Shown piece by piece: positions 28,278 through 38,385 of a stretch of DNA of 64,000 bases. The translations under genes and the position numbers were made by a program. The first letter of the stretch is position 1; every line of letters starts with the position of its first letter. The notes under the pieces were generated by a model. It was given only the letters and a program-made list of their open reading frames with translations. It was not told where the DNA came from and made no database searches. Source of the DNA: Myxococcales bacterium (GTDB lineage: Bacteria > Myxococcota_A > UBA9042 > JABWCM01 > BTVJ01); NCBI GenBank assembly GCA_045863395.1, contig BTVJ01000018.1:49326-113325 (forward strand), in the 5' to 3' direction.

Positions 28278-29608
28278 CGGCCGCCCTCCCACCACGCACT
28301 CGCCAGGTCGAGGGCTCCGTGCCCGTCGAAGCGGACGTCTCGAAGGCCGCCCCTCACCCAGACCGAACGCCTCAGGTGCAGCAGCGGCCCGACCGCGCCG
28401 TCCGCGACCAGCGCGCCCAGGGCTCGCCGCGCCGCGCCGTCGTCGTCGTGGGTCACTCTGACGACCAGGTCTCGGGCTGCGGCCTCGTCACCAGCCGCTC
28501 CCAGCGCCTGCAGCGCGACCGCCAGAGGATCGGGCGCGCTCAGGCGCCGGATGCCCAGCCAGAGGGTCACGTCTGCCGCCGTGCCCACCCTCGAACCCGC
28601 GCCGCCCGACCGAATCGCCACGTCGCGGAGCGCCGCCGCGACATCCGCGAGCTCCCCCCCACCGGGGCCGAGCCCGATGACCACCGCCCCAAGGGGTGTG
28701 GGCGCGGGCCCCGAGCCTCCGAGGCCCGGGAGCAGGCCCTCCGCCCCGACCGCCTCTCGCTCCAGGCGGCTCAGGAGCGACGCCACGACCCCTGGGCCCG
28801 TCAGCGCCCCGGGAACGGCGGTCCGCCGCGGGTCCGACGGCCAGAGAGCGACGAGCTCGATGGTGGGCCCGTCCACCCGCCGCACGTCCGGGAGCGACGC
28901 CAGTCGCCCCCCGCCGCGCAGCGACAGGTCCGCCTCGCCATAGAAGAGGCGCTCTGCCGCCTCCGCTGGGTGGTCCGCCCAGCGGACCTCCACCCGGTCC
29001 ACGAAGGGGCGCCCGTCCGGGTGCGCCAGGTGGGGCAGCAGGATCGCGGCCCGGTCGCCCCCGCCCTGCAGCGCAAAGGGGCCCGCCCCGGTGTGGCCAT
29101 CCCCGCCCAAGGGCAGGATCGCAGCCTGCGGGAGCGCCAGCAGGCGCTCCAGGGTCGAGCGGGGGATTGGCGCCTTCAGGCGCAGCACGAACCGCGCGGA
29201 GTCGACCACCTCGACCCTGAGGAGCGACGCGAGGACCCTCGCAGGGGAAGCCGCCGGGGCCGTGGAGAGGCGCCCGAGGGACCAGCGCACGTCCTCGCTG
29301 GTGACGGGGCGTCCGTCGTGAAAGCGCGCCTCGTCCGCCAGCGTGCAGGCGAGGTCGGCCCCGTCTGGCGCCGACGAACGGAGCAATACGGGCCTCGACG
29401 CGCGGCCCTCGAGGGCGTAGAGGGGCTGGTGGACCATGACGGCGAGCTGTACCGCCTCATCCGACTCGGCCCGCATGGGGTCGAAGCCCTCCACAGCGGG
29501 CAGGGTGAAGCGAAGTGTACCGCCCCACCGCGCTCGGCCAGCTCCGATTGCCGTCGTTGTCAGGCACACGAGGGCAACCGCACCGAGAGTGAGAGTGCCT
29601 CCTCTCAT
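28274..29608 (-). CDS. Family-5 ABC substrate-binding-like protein (no cognate permease nearby)
   Basis: GGTLRF…FDP, RFHDGRPVTSEDVRWSL, GAGPF. Shorter than typical SBP5 proteins. Confidence 0.75.
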   Translation of the reverse strand: MRGGTLTLGAVALVCLTTTAIGAGRARWGGTLRFTLPAVEGFDPMRAESDEAVQLAVMVHQPLYALEGRASRPVLLRSSAPDGADLACTLADEARFHDGRPVTSEDVRWSLGRLSTAPAASPARVLASLLRVEVVDSARFVLRLKAPIPRSTLERLLALPQAAILPLGGDGHTGAGPFALQGGGDRAAILLPHLAHPDGRPFVDRVEVRWADHPAEAAERLFYGEADLSLRGGGRLASLPDVRRVDGPTIELVALWPSDPRRTAVPGALTGPGVVASLLSRLEREAVGAEGLLPGLGGSGPAPTPLGAVVIGLGPGGGELADVAAALRDVAIRSGGAGSRVGTAADVTLWLGIRRLSAPDPLAVALQALGAAGDEAAARDLVVRVTHDDDGAARRALGALVADGAVGPLLHLRRSVWVRGGLRDVRFDGHGALDLASAWWEGGR

Positions 29609-31053
29609 GGCCCTCTCGCGCCGGGCCTCGAGCCGCGCACCTCGAGGAGCAGCAGCCGATCAGCGCCCGGACTGGCGGCGACGGCCAGCACCACCTCCAG
29701 CTCCCCGTCGTCGTCGGGGTCACCGGCAGCCGCGGCCCGGATCGGCGGCGTATCGGCGCTCCACAAGGAGCGCACTGCGCCGTCGGCAGCGAGCTGGACC
29801 AGCTCTGCGCGGTCCCCTTCGGGCGGGACCGCCGAGGACGTCACGAGCACCTCGGGGATCCCGTCATCATCCAGGTCAGCGACCAGCGCGGGGAGCCCCC
29901 TGGCCCCCAGCGACCAGCTCCGTCTCTGGACGCTCGAGCCGCCAACCACGTCCAGCGCCCCGCCATCGCTCCTCACCTCCATAACGTCGAGCTCGCCGGA
30001 GGCGGCCTGCTTCACGATGACTCGCTGGCTCCACTCGGCACCAGCGCCCGCCAGGGGCCGCGCGCCAGCGCCCGGCTCCCACAACCAGCGCGGGCCCGCC
30101 AGGCGCGCCTCGCCAAGGGCGAGCTCCCCGAGCAGCACCCCGCCCTCCGGCAAGCTCCCCGACAGGGGCATCCCAACGGTCCGCACACCCGTCACCCGGA
30201 GGTCCCCGTCACCGGTGCGGCGGATGATCGCCACCTCGCCCAGAGACGTGGTCGCAGCGAGGAGATCGCAGCCGCCGTCCTGGCGCTCCACCGATACCAG
30301 CGACCCGACCGGCCAGCGGCTCGGCGCCTCGGCCCCCGGGAGCGCGTCCAGGGAGGGGCGCAGCGCGCTCCCGTCAGGCTGGAGCACCACCAAGGAGCGG
30401 CGCCCCAGCGCGGCGACGTCGTCACGCCCGTCTCCGTCCACGTCGCACACGGCGAGCGCCAGGACCTGCGGGGGCAGGCTGCCCGCCGCCAGGGGAGACA
30501 GCCGGGGCGACAGGCGCGCCGCTCCCCCACCCTGACCGAGGAGCGAGCGCAGCTCCACGTCCAGGCGCGCGCGGGCGAAGGAGGAGGCCACCGTCCCGCC
30601 GCCGATGCCCTGCGCCTTGTCCCAGAAGCTGCGCCGCCCTCGGACGGCGGTCGCCCGCAGCTCCACGTGACCGCGGGTCACCTCGAGCTCCACCAGCAGC
30701 ACCAGGTCGACGCCCTGCACGTCGCCGTGGGCGCTCGCGGCCTCCTGAGTGTGCTCCCCGGGCGCCACGAGAGGGGCGACCAGGGGCGACGCGGCGCCCC
30801 TCGACCGTAGAAGCGCCTCCAGCCGGTCCTGGAGCAGCCCCGACGTCACCTCTACGAGCCGCGCCCCCGAGGAGGGCCAATCAGGGATCCGGGGCACCAC
30901 GGCGTAGCCAATGCTCCGGGGGGCCACCGCAGAGAGCGCCAGGTCGAGTCCGGCGCACAGCCGCACCACCAGCTCCGAGGTTGTGGCGCCCAGCCCCCAG
31001 GCGGGCGTGACCGTACCCAGGACGAGCCCCACGGCGAGCAGAGTCACCCTCAT
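29605..31053 (-). CDS. Secreted FG-GAP/VCBS-repeat protein
   Basis: Signal peptide; CDVDGDGRDD, ADLDDDGIPEV and GDPDDDGELEV repeats. Confidence 0.7.
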   Translation of the reverse strand: MRVTLLAVGLVLGTVTPAWGLGATTSELVVRLCAGLDLALSAVAPRSIGYAVVPRIPDWPSSGARLVEVTSGLLQDRLEALLRSRGAASPLVAPLVAPGEHTQEAASAHGDVQGVDLVLLVELEVTRGHVELRATAVRGRRSFWDKAQGIGGGTVASSFARARLDVELRSLLGQGGGAARLSPRLSPLAAGSLPPQVLALAVCDVDGDGRDDVAALGRRSLVVLQPDGSALRPSLDALPGAEAPSRWPVGSLVSVERQDGGCDLLAATTSLGEVAIIRRTGDGDLRVTGVRTVGMPLSGSLPEGGVLLGELALGEARLAGPRWLWEPGAGARPLAGAGAEWSQRVIVKQAASGELDVMEVRSDGGALDVVGGSSVQRRSWSLGARGLPALVADLDDDGIPEVLVTSSAVPPEGDRAELVQLAADGAVRSLWSADTPPIRAAAAGDPDDDGELEVVLAVAASPGADRLLLLEVRGSRPGARGP

Positions 31054-33215
31054 GGGCCCTCCAGGCGGTGCCCCGCCGCCAAGGATCGGTCTCCAGAGAC
31101 CACCCGGCGGAAGAGGGGCGCTGCGAACCGGCCACCGCTGGCCCCGGGTACGGGGCCGTGGTCGTCACGGCCGATCCACACACCCACGACGAGCCCTGGC
31201 ACGTACCCGACGAACCAGCTGTCGCGCCCGTCGTCGCTGGTCCCCGTCTTCCCCGCAACGTCCATGCCCTCGATGGCCGCGGCCGTCCCAGTCCCGCCCT
31301 GGACGACCGCCCGGAGCATCCGCCCAAGGGACGCAGCGACATCGGAGGGCAGCGCCCGGACCGCGGCTGGGGGTGACGGCCAGACGTTCCGCCCCGCCGG
31401 GTCGATCACGGCCTCCACCAGCCGTGGCTCGAGCCGCAGCCCGCCGGCCGCCACGGTCCCGTAGGCCTGGGTCAGCTCCAGGACCGTGACGTCCGAGGAG
31501 CCCAGCGCCAGCGTCAGATCCACGCCCAGGGGAGAGCGCACTCCCATACGATGGGCAAGCTCCTTCACCGTCGCGACCCCGACTGCACGCAGCAGCGCTA
31601 CGGCGGCCACGTTGCTCGACCGTGCGAAGGCGTCCGTGACGCCGAGGGTCTCACCGGCCTCTCCGCCGCCGGGCCACCAGGTCCCTCCGCGGCCGTCGGA
31701 CCAGCCTCGCCGGGGCAGCTCGATGTTCCCGTCGGGGCGGATGGCGCCCGCGACCAGGCCTGCCGCGTACACGAAGAGCTTGAAGGTGGAGCCGGGCTGC
31801 CGCCGGGCCTGCACGGCCCGGTTGAAGGGGTGCGTCTCGAAGGACTCCCCGCCGACCAGCGCCCGGACGGCACCGGTGCGTGGATCCAGCGCGACGACCG
31901 CCGCCTGGGGCCCCAGCTCCGGCCACACCCGGTCGCCACCCGCAAGCAGTCGCACCGCCAGCTCGTCGCCTGGTCGCAGGGACGACGAGCGCCCCGGCGC
32001 ATAGCGCCGCTCCAGGTCTGCGAGCTCCAGCCGCGCGCGCGACCCGCCCAGATCCAAGTCCGCCGCACCACGCCGCTGGTCCACGGACCGCACGATGGCC
32101 GGCACCACCTGGCCTGGGCGCGCCGGTCGCAGCCGTCGCGCCGCCCGAAGCTCCGCCAGGCGCCCGCTGCCGGCCCCGTGCTGTGGGCGCGACGCCCAGA
32201 CGCCGGTCTCCTGGTCGATCCCGCGCAGCCCCTCGGCCACCGCCGCCTCTACGTCCCCTTGGAGGCGCAGGTCCAGCGTCGTGCGCACCCGGAGCCCTCC
32301 CCGCAGGATGGCCCCAGGGCTCAGATGCGTCAGCAGCTCCCGCCGCACCGCGTCCACGAAGTACCCTCCAGAGCTGGGCAGCGTGGCGCCGGGCGCGGCG
32401 GGCAGCGGCGCAGCCATGGCCAGCCGGGCGACGGCAGGCTCCACGAGCCCGTTGGCGATCATCTGCTCCAGCACGTACCGGCGCCGCCGCCGCGCCGCCT
32501 CCGGCGCGACGAAGGGCGACAGGCGCCCCGGCGACTGAACCACGCCGGCGAGCAGGGCCGCCTCGGCCAGATCGACTCCCTGCACGTCCTTACCGAAGTA
32601 GAAGCGCGCCGCCTCCTGCACCCCCCAGCGGCCGTGCCCGAAGTAGATCTGGTTGAGGTAGAGCGCCAGGATGGCGTCCTTGGTCAGCTCGCGCTCCAGC
32701 TTGATGGCGAGCACGGCCTCCCGCAGCTTGCGCGACAGGGTCTTCTCGGCGCTCAGATAGAAGGTGCGAGCGACCTGCTGCGTGATGGTGGAGCCCCCCT
32801 GGGCCAGTCGCCCCTCCCCCAGGTCTCGAAGCAGCGCGCGGGCGATTCCGAGCGGGTCGAGCCCCCGATGCCGCAGAAAGTCTGCGTCCTCGGCCGCGAT
32901 GACCGCCAGGCGCAGGTGTCTCGGCAGGGCCTCCAGGGGAACGACCGTGCGCCGCTCGACGAAGAGCTCGTCGATGACGGTCCCGTCCGCATCCAGGACA
33001 CGGGTGACCTGCGGCACGGACCGGGCGTACTCGTCGAACGTGAACACCGGGGGCAGGCGGGCATCCACCCACAGCCACGCGCCCCACCCGCCCACGGCCA
33101 GCAGCACCGCCAGCGCGAGCCCCCACGCCAGCACCCGCCGCACCACGCGGGCGAAGGTCCAGGGCTTGACGGCCTGCTGCGCAGACCTGCTTCGCTTGGG
33201 TGCCACGGCGCGCAT
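31050..33215 (-). CDS. mrcA: Class A penicillin-binding protein (PBP1A)
   Basis: Glycosyltransferase motifs AAED..F..H.G, GGSTITQQ, RKLRE; transpeptidase motifs STFK, SSN, KTGT; N-terminal TM. Start uncertain (ATG 33215). Confidence 0.9.
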   Translation of the reverse strand: MRAVAPKRSRSAQQAVKPWTFARVVRRVLAWGLALAVLLAVGGWGAWLWVDARLPPVFTFDEYARSVPQVTRVLDADGTVIDELFVERRTVVPLEALPRHLRLAVIAAEDADFLRHRGLDPLGIARALLRDLGEGRLAQGGSTITQQVARTFYLSAEKTLSRKLREAVLAIKLERELTKDAILALYLNQIYFGHGRWGVQEAARFYFGKDVQGVDLAEAALLAGVVQSPGRLSPFVAPEAARRRRRYVLEQMIANGLVEPAVARLAMAAPLPAAPGATLPSSGGYFVDAVRRELLTHLSPGAILRGGLRVRTTLDLRLQGDVEAAVAEGLRGIDQETGVWASRPQHGAGSGRLAELRAARRLRPARPGQVVPAIVRSVDQRRGAADLDLGGSRARLELADLERRYAPGRSSSLRPGDELAVRLLAGGDRVWPELGPQAAVVALDPRTGAVRALVGGESFETHPFNRAVQARRQPGSTFKLFVYAAGLVAGAIRPDGNIELPRRGWSDGRGGTWWPGGGEAGETLGVTDAFARSSNVAAVALLRAVGVATVKELAHRMGVRSPLGVDLTLALGSSDVTVLELTQAYGTVAAGGLRLEPRLVEAVIDPAGRNVWPSPPAAVRALPSDVAASLGRMLRAVVQGGTGTAAAIEGMDVAGKTGTSDDGRDSWFVGYVPGLVVGVWIGRDDHGPVPGASGGRFAAPLFRRVVSGDRSLAAGHRLEGP

Positions 33216-33312
33216 GATAGCGCGCACGCTGCCATGCGCCAGAAAGGCGCCGCTCGGGCGGAGTGCAATGCGTTGAGAAGCCGGACGGGGACTCGGGAGG
33301 CAGGGGCGAGGT

Positions 33313-33576
33313 CTACTTTCGCCGGACGACGTCCTCGGCGTTCTCCACCTCGACCACGTCGGACTTGTCGCCGTGCGCGTCGGGCAGCTCCTTGTTGCGA
33401 GGGGTGACGTCCACCTCGTCGCCGTCCTTGGAGCTGCGCTTGAAGTTCCGGATGCCCTTCCCCAGGGCGTCGCCGATCTGGGGGAGCTTCCCCGCACCGA
33501 AGACGATGAGCACGATCACGAGGATCAGGATGAGCTCCGGGATGCCCAGGTTACCGATGATGGCGAATCCAGTCAT
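33313..33576 (-). CDS. tatA: Twin-arginine translocase TatA/E
   Basis: [37 protein letters not shown]. Confidence 0.95.
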   Translation of the reverse strand: MTGFAIIGNLGIPELILILVIVLIVFGAGKLPQIGDALGKGIRNFKRSSKDGDEVDVTPRNKELPDAHGDKSDVVEVENAEDVVRRK

Positions 33577-33714
33577 GCTCTCGTGTCTCACCTCGCCGCG
33601 CGCCTCCGGCCGGGGAACTCCCACCCAAGGCGCCGCCAGCACGCGTGGGGACCTACATAGCACCGCGGTTGCGCGCGATCAACCGGCCGCGAAGCCGGAG
33701 CCGCCCGTTGCCAC

Positions 33715-35028
33715 CTACTTCTTGAGGCCGCCGAAGCTTTCGATGGCCTTCCCCGCCTTCTCCGCCCGGTCGATGGTGTCCTCGACCCGCCTCACGCTCC
33801 CCTCGGCCTTGCCCTTCACACGCCCTGGGGTGTTCGCGGTCTGCTCGACCTTGCGCGAGTACTTGTCGGGCTCGCGCAACGCCTCGTCCTGCTTTCGCAG
33901 GGCGTCGTCCGCAGACTTCTCCGGGTCCTTCACCTCGTGCAGCGGCGGCACCTTCACGTTGCCCGCGGCGTCGGTGGTGATCTTGTCGCCCCAGGAGATG
34001 ATGATGTCGAACTCCGTCTCCCAGTCGATGGGGACCAGCATCGTCCAGGGGTGATTGACCAGCGTCTGGAGGATCGCCGCAGTGTTGAAGTCCGTCACCG
34101 TGCTCTTGTGCCAGATGATCGGGTGCTCCCGCTCGTGCTTGTCGACGCCCGAGTCCTCGACCGTGTACTTCGCCTTCTTCAGGTACTTCTCGATGCGCTC
34201 GACCTCATCCTCGCCGTACTCCCCGATCGAGTTGATCAGCTTGATGCGCGCGTAGCCCGTCAGGCGCTTGAACTCCGGATCCCCATGCAGCGAGCGCATG
34301 TCCGGATCGATGCGCGCCTTGTGCAGCCGGCTGTTCGACTCCTCCGTGTTGAGGTCCTGGAGTCGCTGCAGATACTCGATGGCCGTCTTCTCGCGGCTCG
34401 TCATGGCGTACATGCACGCCGCGTTGTAGATGGCTCCCTCGAAGCCCGGATCCGCGTCGATGCCCTTCTCGTACTCCGCGAGCGCCGCGTCGTACTGCCG
34501 CTTCTTGGCCAGTGCGTAGCCCTTGTCGTTGAAGGCCCGCGCCGCCTTCGTCTCCTTGGCGGACGCCGGGCGGGGCACGTACTTCTCACGCCGGGTCGGC
34601 GCCACGGTCCGAGCCTCCTCTCGCCTTGCATCCACCGGCGGCCCCACCTTCTCGACGGCGCCCTCCGTCGGCCTGGCCGATGAGCGCCCCGTGCGCGCCG
34701 CGTCCCGCTCACCGCTCGGGCGCTGGTTGAGGCGGCCGAGCGCCGACTCGGCCATGAAGGCACCCTCGTCGTCTCCGTTCACATAGAGGTAGTTGAACGC
34801 CTGGATGGCAACGTGACGCTCCGCCTCTTTGACCGCTTTGGGATCCCGATAGGCCTCCCACAACGCCGCGCACTGCTTCAGCTCCTCCAGCGGGCTGGCG
34901 TCGAACTTCCCGAAGATCCCCATACAGCGCTGCTCGCTGCGCGCCCAGTCGTCGGCGCTGGCCACGGCGGGCGCACTCAGGACAGCGCCGACGGCGGCGG
35001 CGAACAGCACTCTGTCTCTAGCATTCAC
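33715..35028 (-). CDS. Secreted TPR protein with LytR_C-like C-terminal region
   Basis: Signal peptide, TPR (…YNAACMYA…DPDM..L…DPEF), then RIKLINSIG…IIISWG. SD GAGGAGG before GTG 35028. Confidence 0.75.
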   Translation of the reverse strand: MNARDRVLFAAAVGAVLSAPAVASADDWARSEQRCMGIFGKFDASPLEELKQCAALWEAYRDPKAVKEAERHVAIQAFNYLYVNGDDEGAFMAESALGRLNQRPSGERDAARTGRSSARPTEGAVEKVGPPVDARREEARTVAPTRREKYVPRPASAKETKAARAFNDKGYALAKKRQYDAALAEYEKGIDADPGFEGAIYNAACMYAMTSREKTAIEYLQRLQDLNTEESNSRLHKARIDPDMRSLHGDPEFKRLTGYARIKLINSIGEYGEDEVERIEKYLKKAKYTVEDSGVDKHEREHPIIWHKSTVTDFNTAAILQTLVNHPWTMLVPIDWETEFDIIISWGDKITTDAAGNVKVPPLHEVKDPEKSADDALRKQDEALREPDKYSRKVEQTANTPGRVKGKAEGSVRRVEDTIDRAEKAGKAIESFGGLKK

Positions 35029-35075
35029 GGCGTCCTCCTCCACGGGCCGCGCCGAGCAGGGCGAGGCGCCGCAAG

Positions 35076-35105
35076 ACGATAGCAAACCCCTCCGAAGAGC
35101 GTCAA
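35076..35105 (-). promoter_or_regulatory. sigma70-type promoter
   Basis: Minus strand TTGACG-N18-TATCGT with extended -10. Confidence 0.45.
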
Positions 35106-35387
35106 CGCGCCGGGGCCCACGCGCGCTTCCCCCAGGCGTGCAGCACCATCGCCGGCGCCGCCACATAGTGACGCACGGACCACGCAGAGGTGCTTGCCCG
35201 CACCAAACATTCCTGAAGTGAACGCGAGGTCCCCGTGGCCGAGCCGTTGTGCGAGGGCCTGCCGAGGCACCACGCCGACGGACCGCAAGCCGGGGGGGTG
35301 GAGGGGATGGGAGGGGAGGAAGGCGTCTGGGAGGCGATGCAGGGAGGCGATGCGGGGAGCGGCAGCCGGCGGTGACTCAGCGAGCCA

Positions 35388-37133
35388 TTAGCCGCCAGCG
35401 TTGAACACGAACGGCCACTGCACCACGCACACACCGCCCTCCGGCTTGGCGAACCGCATGCGGCGGATTGCGCGGAGGACGCAGCCCTCGACGTTCTTGT
35501 TGCCCATGGACGAGTCCACCGTCGTCGCGCCGGCCACCTGGCCCTCCAGGTTGATGGTCCAGCGAACGGTGATCTTGCCACCGAGCTTCGGGTGGAGCTG
35601 CAGCTCGCGCTCGTAGCAGGCGCGGATGGCGCCGGCGCGGCGGCGCACCACCGACTGGATGTTGCTCTTCTGGCAAAAGCCCTGTGACGACCCGGAACCC
35701 AGCGAGATGTTGCCCACCTTCTTTGCGGCCTTCTTGCCCAGGTTGGCCGACACGCCCGCGCCGCCGCCCGTGTCGATCTTGCCCAGGCCGTGGATGCGGC
35801 CGTAGCCGCCGGTCCCGCCGCCGCCCGTGCCGGTCCCCTTGAAGCCCATGCCGCCCGAGCCGTGGCCCATGACGAACTCGGACCCGGTGCCGCTCATCGC
35901 GATGGCGATCTTGTTGGAGAACCCGCTGGTGTTCGACGACAGGATGTTGGCGATGGCGCCCTTTCCGCCGAGCTTGTTGGTGGACAGCAGGTCATTGAGG
36001 CCGACCTTCTTCGGGTCGATCTTGTCGACCATCTTGCCGTCCTTCTTGGGCACCTTGCTCTCGATCTTGGGGTCGATGTCAGGGTCGCCGAACTTGCCCT
36101 CCTCACCCTCGGCCTTCTTGCCCGTGGTGTCCTCCTCCTCGCCGAGCTCCAGCTCCTCCTCCTTCTCCTCCTCCTTCTCAGAGACGGAGACCTCGATCTT
36201 CATGTACTTCTTGATGTCGGGGCGCTTCTTGCGGACCGCCTCCTCCTTCCAGACGTACAGGGTGGCGAGGATGAAGGCGATCTGGACGACCGCCGACAGG
36301 AAGGTCGTGGCGAACACGTTCTTGTCGAAGGCCAGCCACGCGCCGCCGACGATGCGCTCCTCCGGCTGGATGAACTGGAAGAACAGGCTGAGCTGCCCGA
36401 AGTTGACGATGCCCCAGTCGCCGAGCTCCACGTCCACGTAGTTGGCGCCGCTCGCCGCACCCGTGTGCTTCTTGACGTAGTCGGCGATGGTCTCGGTGTT
36501 GCCGCGGATGGTGACCTTGCCGTCCAGGTCCGAACGCAGGCCCACCTTGTAGTTGCCCTTGCGGTCGCCCTTGAAGAGCATGAACTTCTTGGGCAGGTGC
36601 TCCGCGGGGAGGATGAAGGTGTTGCGAAGGTCCTCGCCGACGGTGACGTTGGAGGGCTCCGTGAGCACACGCTCCTGGATGATCGTGCCGTTCCAGAGCA
36701 GCGCCACCCGCAGGAAGCGCGAGTCCGACCGCCACGCCGGGTTCGAAGCGAAGACGACGAGGGTGCCGAGGATGACGGCAGCCGCGCCTGCGGCCACCAG
36801 GGTGTAACCGAGGCCGACGATGATCGACTCGCCCTTCGGGAGGGCCAGGATCTCGGCCGAGTCGAAGAAGTAGACCATCAGCGCCAGCAGGGTGAGCACC
36901 CCGCTGATGGTGTTGGACATGGCCAGCCCGCGCTTGCGGAAGAACAGCGATGCGCCGGAGAAGGCCACCACCAGCGCGGAGAAGCCGAGCAGCACGAGCC
37001 CGAGGTTGAACTCGATGCCCGAGACCGCGATCTCGCTCCACTTGAGGATGAACCATGGAGCCTGGTCGCCTCCCAGGACTCCCGCGGCCATGACCAGCGC
37101 TCCCAGGATGCTCAGAATATTGCCTGTCCTCAT
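35388..37133 (-). CDS. AgmX/PglI C-terminal (TonB_C-like) domain protein, GltG-like
   Basis: 'LRVALLWNGTII' cytoplasmic domain, TM, acidic and Gly-rich linker (GEEGKFG…GTGTGGGG), C-terminal IRACYERELQLHPKLGGKI…VQWPFVF. Confidence 0.85.
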   Translation of the reverse strand: MRTGNILSILGALVMAAGVLGGDQAPWFILKWSEIAVSGIEFNLGLVLLGFSALVVAFSGASLFFRKRGLAMSNTISGVLTLLALMVYFFDSAEILALPKGESIIVGLGYTLVAAGAAAVILGTLVVFASNPAWRSDSRFLRVALLWNGTIIQERVLTEPSNVTVGEDLRNTFILPAEHLPKKFMLFKGDRKGNYKVGLRSDLDGKVTIRGNTETIADYVKKHTGAASGANYVDVELGDWGIVNFGQLSLFFQFIQPEERIVGGAWLAFDKNVFATTFLSAVVQIAFILATLYVWKEEAVRKKRPDIKKYMKIEVSVSEKEEEKEEELELGEEEDTTGKKAEGEEGKFGDPDIDPKIESKVPKKDGKMVDKIDPKKVGLNDLLSTNKLGGKGAIANILSSNTSGFSNKIAIAMSGTGSEFVMGHGSGGMGFKGTGTGGGGTGGYGRIHGLGKIDTGGGAGVSANLGKKAAKKVGNISLGSGSSQGFCQKSNIQSVVRRRAGAIRACYERELQLHPKLGGKITVRWTINLEGQVAGATTVDSSMGNKNVEGCVLRAIRRMRFAKPEGGVCVVQWPFVFNAGG

Positions 37134-37346
37134 CTCATACCCTCAGCTGCTTCAGCGCTCCATCCCTCTCGGGGCGACGATCCGAGCGCCCAGACCCGGC
37201 GCGCCCGGCTCGAACTCTCGAGGGGCCGACCAGCTCCCCGCCCTGCGGGGACCCTGCCAACCTTTCCCTCTCAGTGGTCGCAGCTCCGGAGTCGCGATGT
37301 CGGCGTTGGTTACGATGCCCTGTCAGCACCGGCCAGCAAGGCGCAG

Positions 37347-37376
37347 ACTGTACCAACGCGCCAACCGCTCCGTCAA
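37347..37376 (-). promoter_or_regulatory. sigma70-type promoter of the GltG-like gene (implies a ~200-nt leader)
   Basis: Minus strand TTGACG-N18-TACAGT with extended -10 TG. Confidence 0.45.
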
Positions 37377-37570
37377 GCAAGAACTCCGCTGATTTCCTTG
37401 GTCCGCGTGCCCTTGCGACCACCCGCCGGCCTGGACCGCCCCGGTCCCGACCAGCCTGCCATGCCCCGCTGAGACAGTCCCTTTTCACTCAAGTTCCACG
37501 ACCCCGCGTTCGAGGGGCAAATTTTTTTCGAGCCGGATCGTGGACCCTGGACGCACCGAGTGCGACGACC

Positions 37571-38308
37571 TTACTTCACCGCTGCCCCCCCCGCGTCCAG
37601 CGCGCGAAGGGTGCGCTCCAGGTCCTTCCTGGCACCCAGCGACTCATAGAGGCGAACGAGGCGGACGCGGACCCGGCGCGGGAATGCCGAGCCGAGCACG
37701 ACCTCCTCGAGCTGGGCTGCGGCCAGGGCGGCTTCGCCGGTCATCACATAGACGTCGGCGAGGCGCGTCCGCGCGACGAGGTCCCTCGGCGACTCGGCGA
37801 CGAGCCCCTCCAGCACGCTGCGCGCGGTGGCGAGGTCGCCCGCAGTGATGGACACCTCGGCCAGCCGGCGCCGCGCCTCCCGCATCCAGGGCGCCAGCTC
37901 CATCGCTGCGCGGTAGGCGCCGCGGGCCGCGTCCAGGTCGCCGTGATCCTCGTACAGGATCCCGCGCTGGAGTGGGATGAGTGGCCCCCTCGGGAACGCC
38001 GCCTCGGCCTGGCGCAGGTGCTCGAGCAGCGCCTCGAGCGGGGCCCCGACCAGGCGGCCGCACTTCACGGCGTTGACCCTCGCGATCCACCACGTAGGGA
38101 GCACCACGGTCGCGTCCTCGAAGGCCCGGCACGCCTTGGCGACGGCTCCGTTCTCCAGATACGCGTCACCCAGCTCGACCAGCCACTTCGCGCGGACCGT
38201 CGGGTCCCGGGTCGCGGGCTCCCGGGGCAGCTCGCGTGCACCGGCACCGACGGCCCCGAGGAGGACCAGCGCGGCAACGACGACGCGGCGAGCACACTTT
38301 GAAACCAT
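37571..38308 (-). CDS. Secreted TPR protein
   Basis: Signal peptide and several TPR-like helical pairs. Confidence 0.75.
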   Translation of the reverse strand: MVSKCARRVVVAALVLLGAVGAGARELPREPATRDPTVRAKWLVELGDAYLENGAVAKACRAFEDATVVLPTWWIARVNAVKCGRLVGAPLEALLEHLRQAEAAFPRGPLIPLQRGILYEDHGDLDAARGAYRAAMELAPWMREARRRLAEVSITAGDLATARSVLEGLVAESPRDLVARTRLADVYVMTGEAALAAAQLEEVVLGSAFPRRVRVRLVRLYESLGARKDLERTLRALDAGGAAVK

Positions 38309-38385
38309 GATTCCGTCGGGTATATGTGGCTTGGTTCCTGAGCGGGACGAGCACGCTCCTCACACTATATGGCACCAGCGGCATT

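Noticed and set aside
37288..37388. Second structured RNA (GCGTTGGT…ACCAACGC inverted repeat)
   Set aside because: Pairing is short and overlaps a predicted sigma70 promoter; better explained as promoter or operator sequence.
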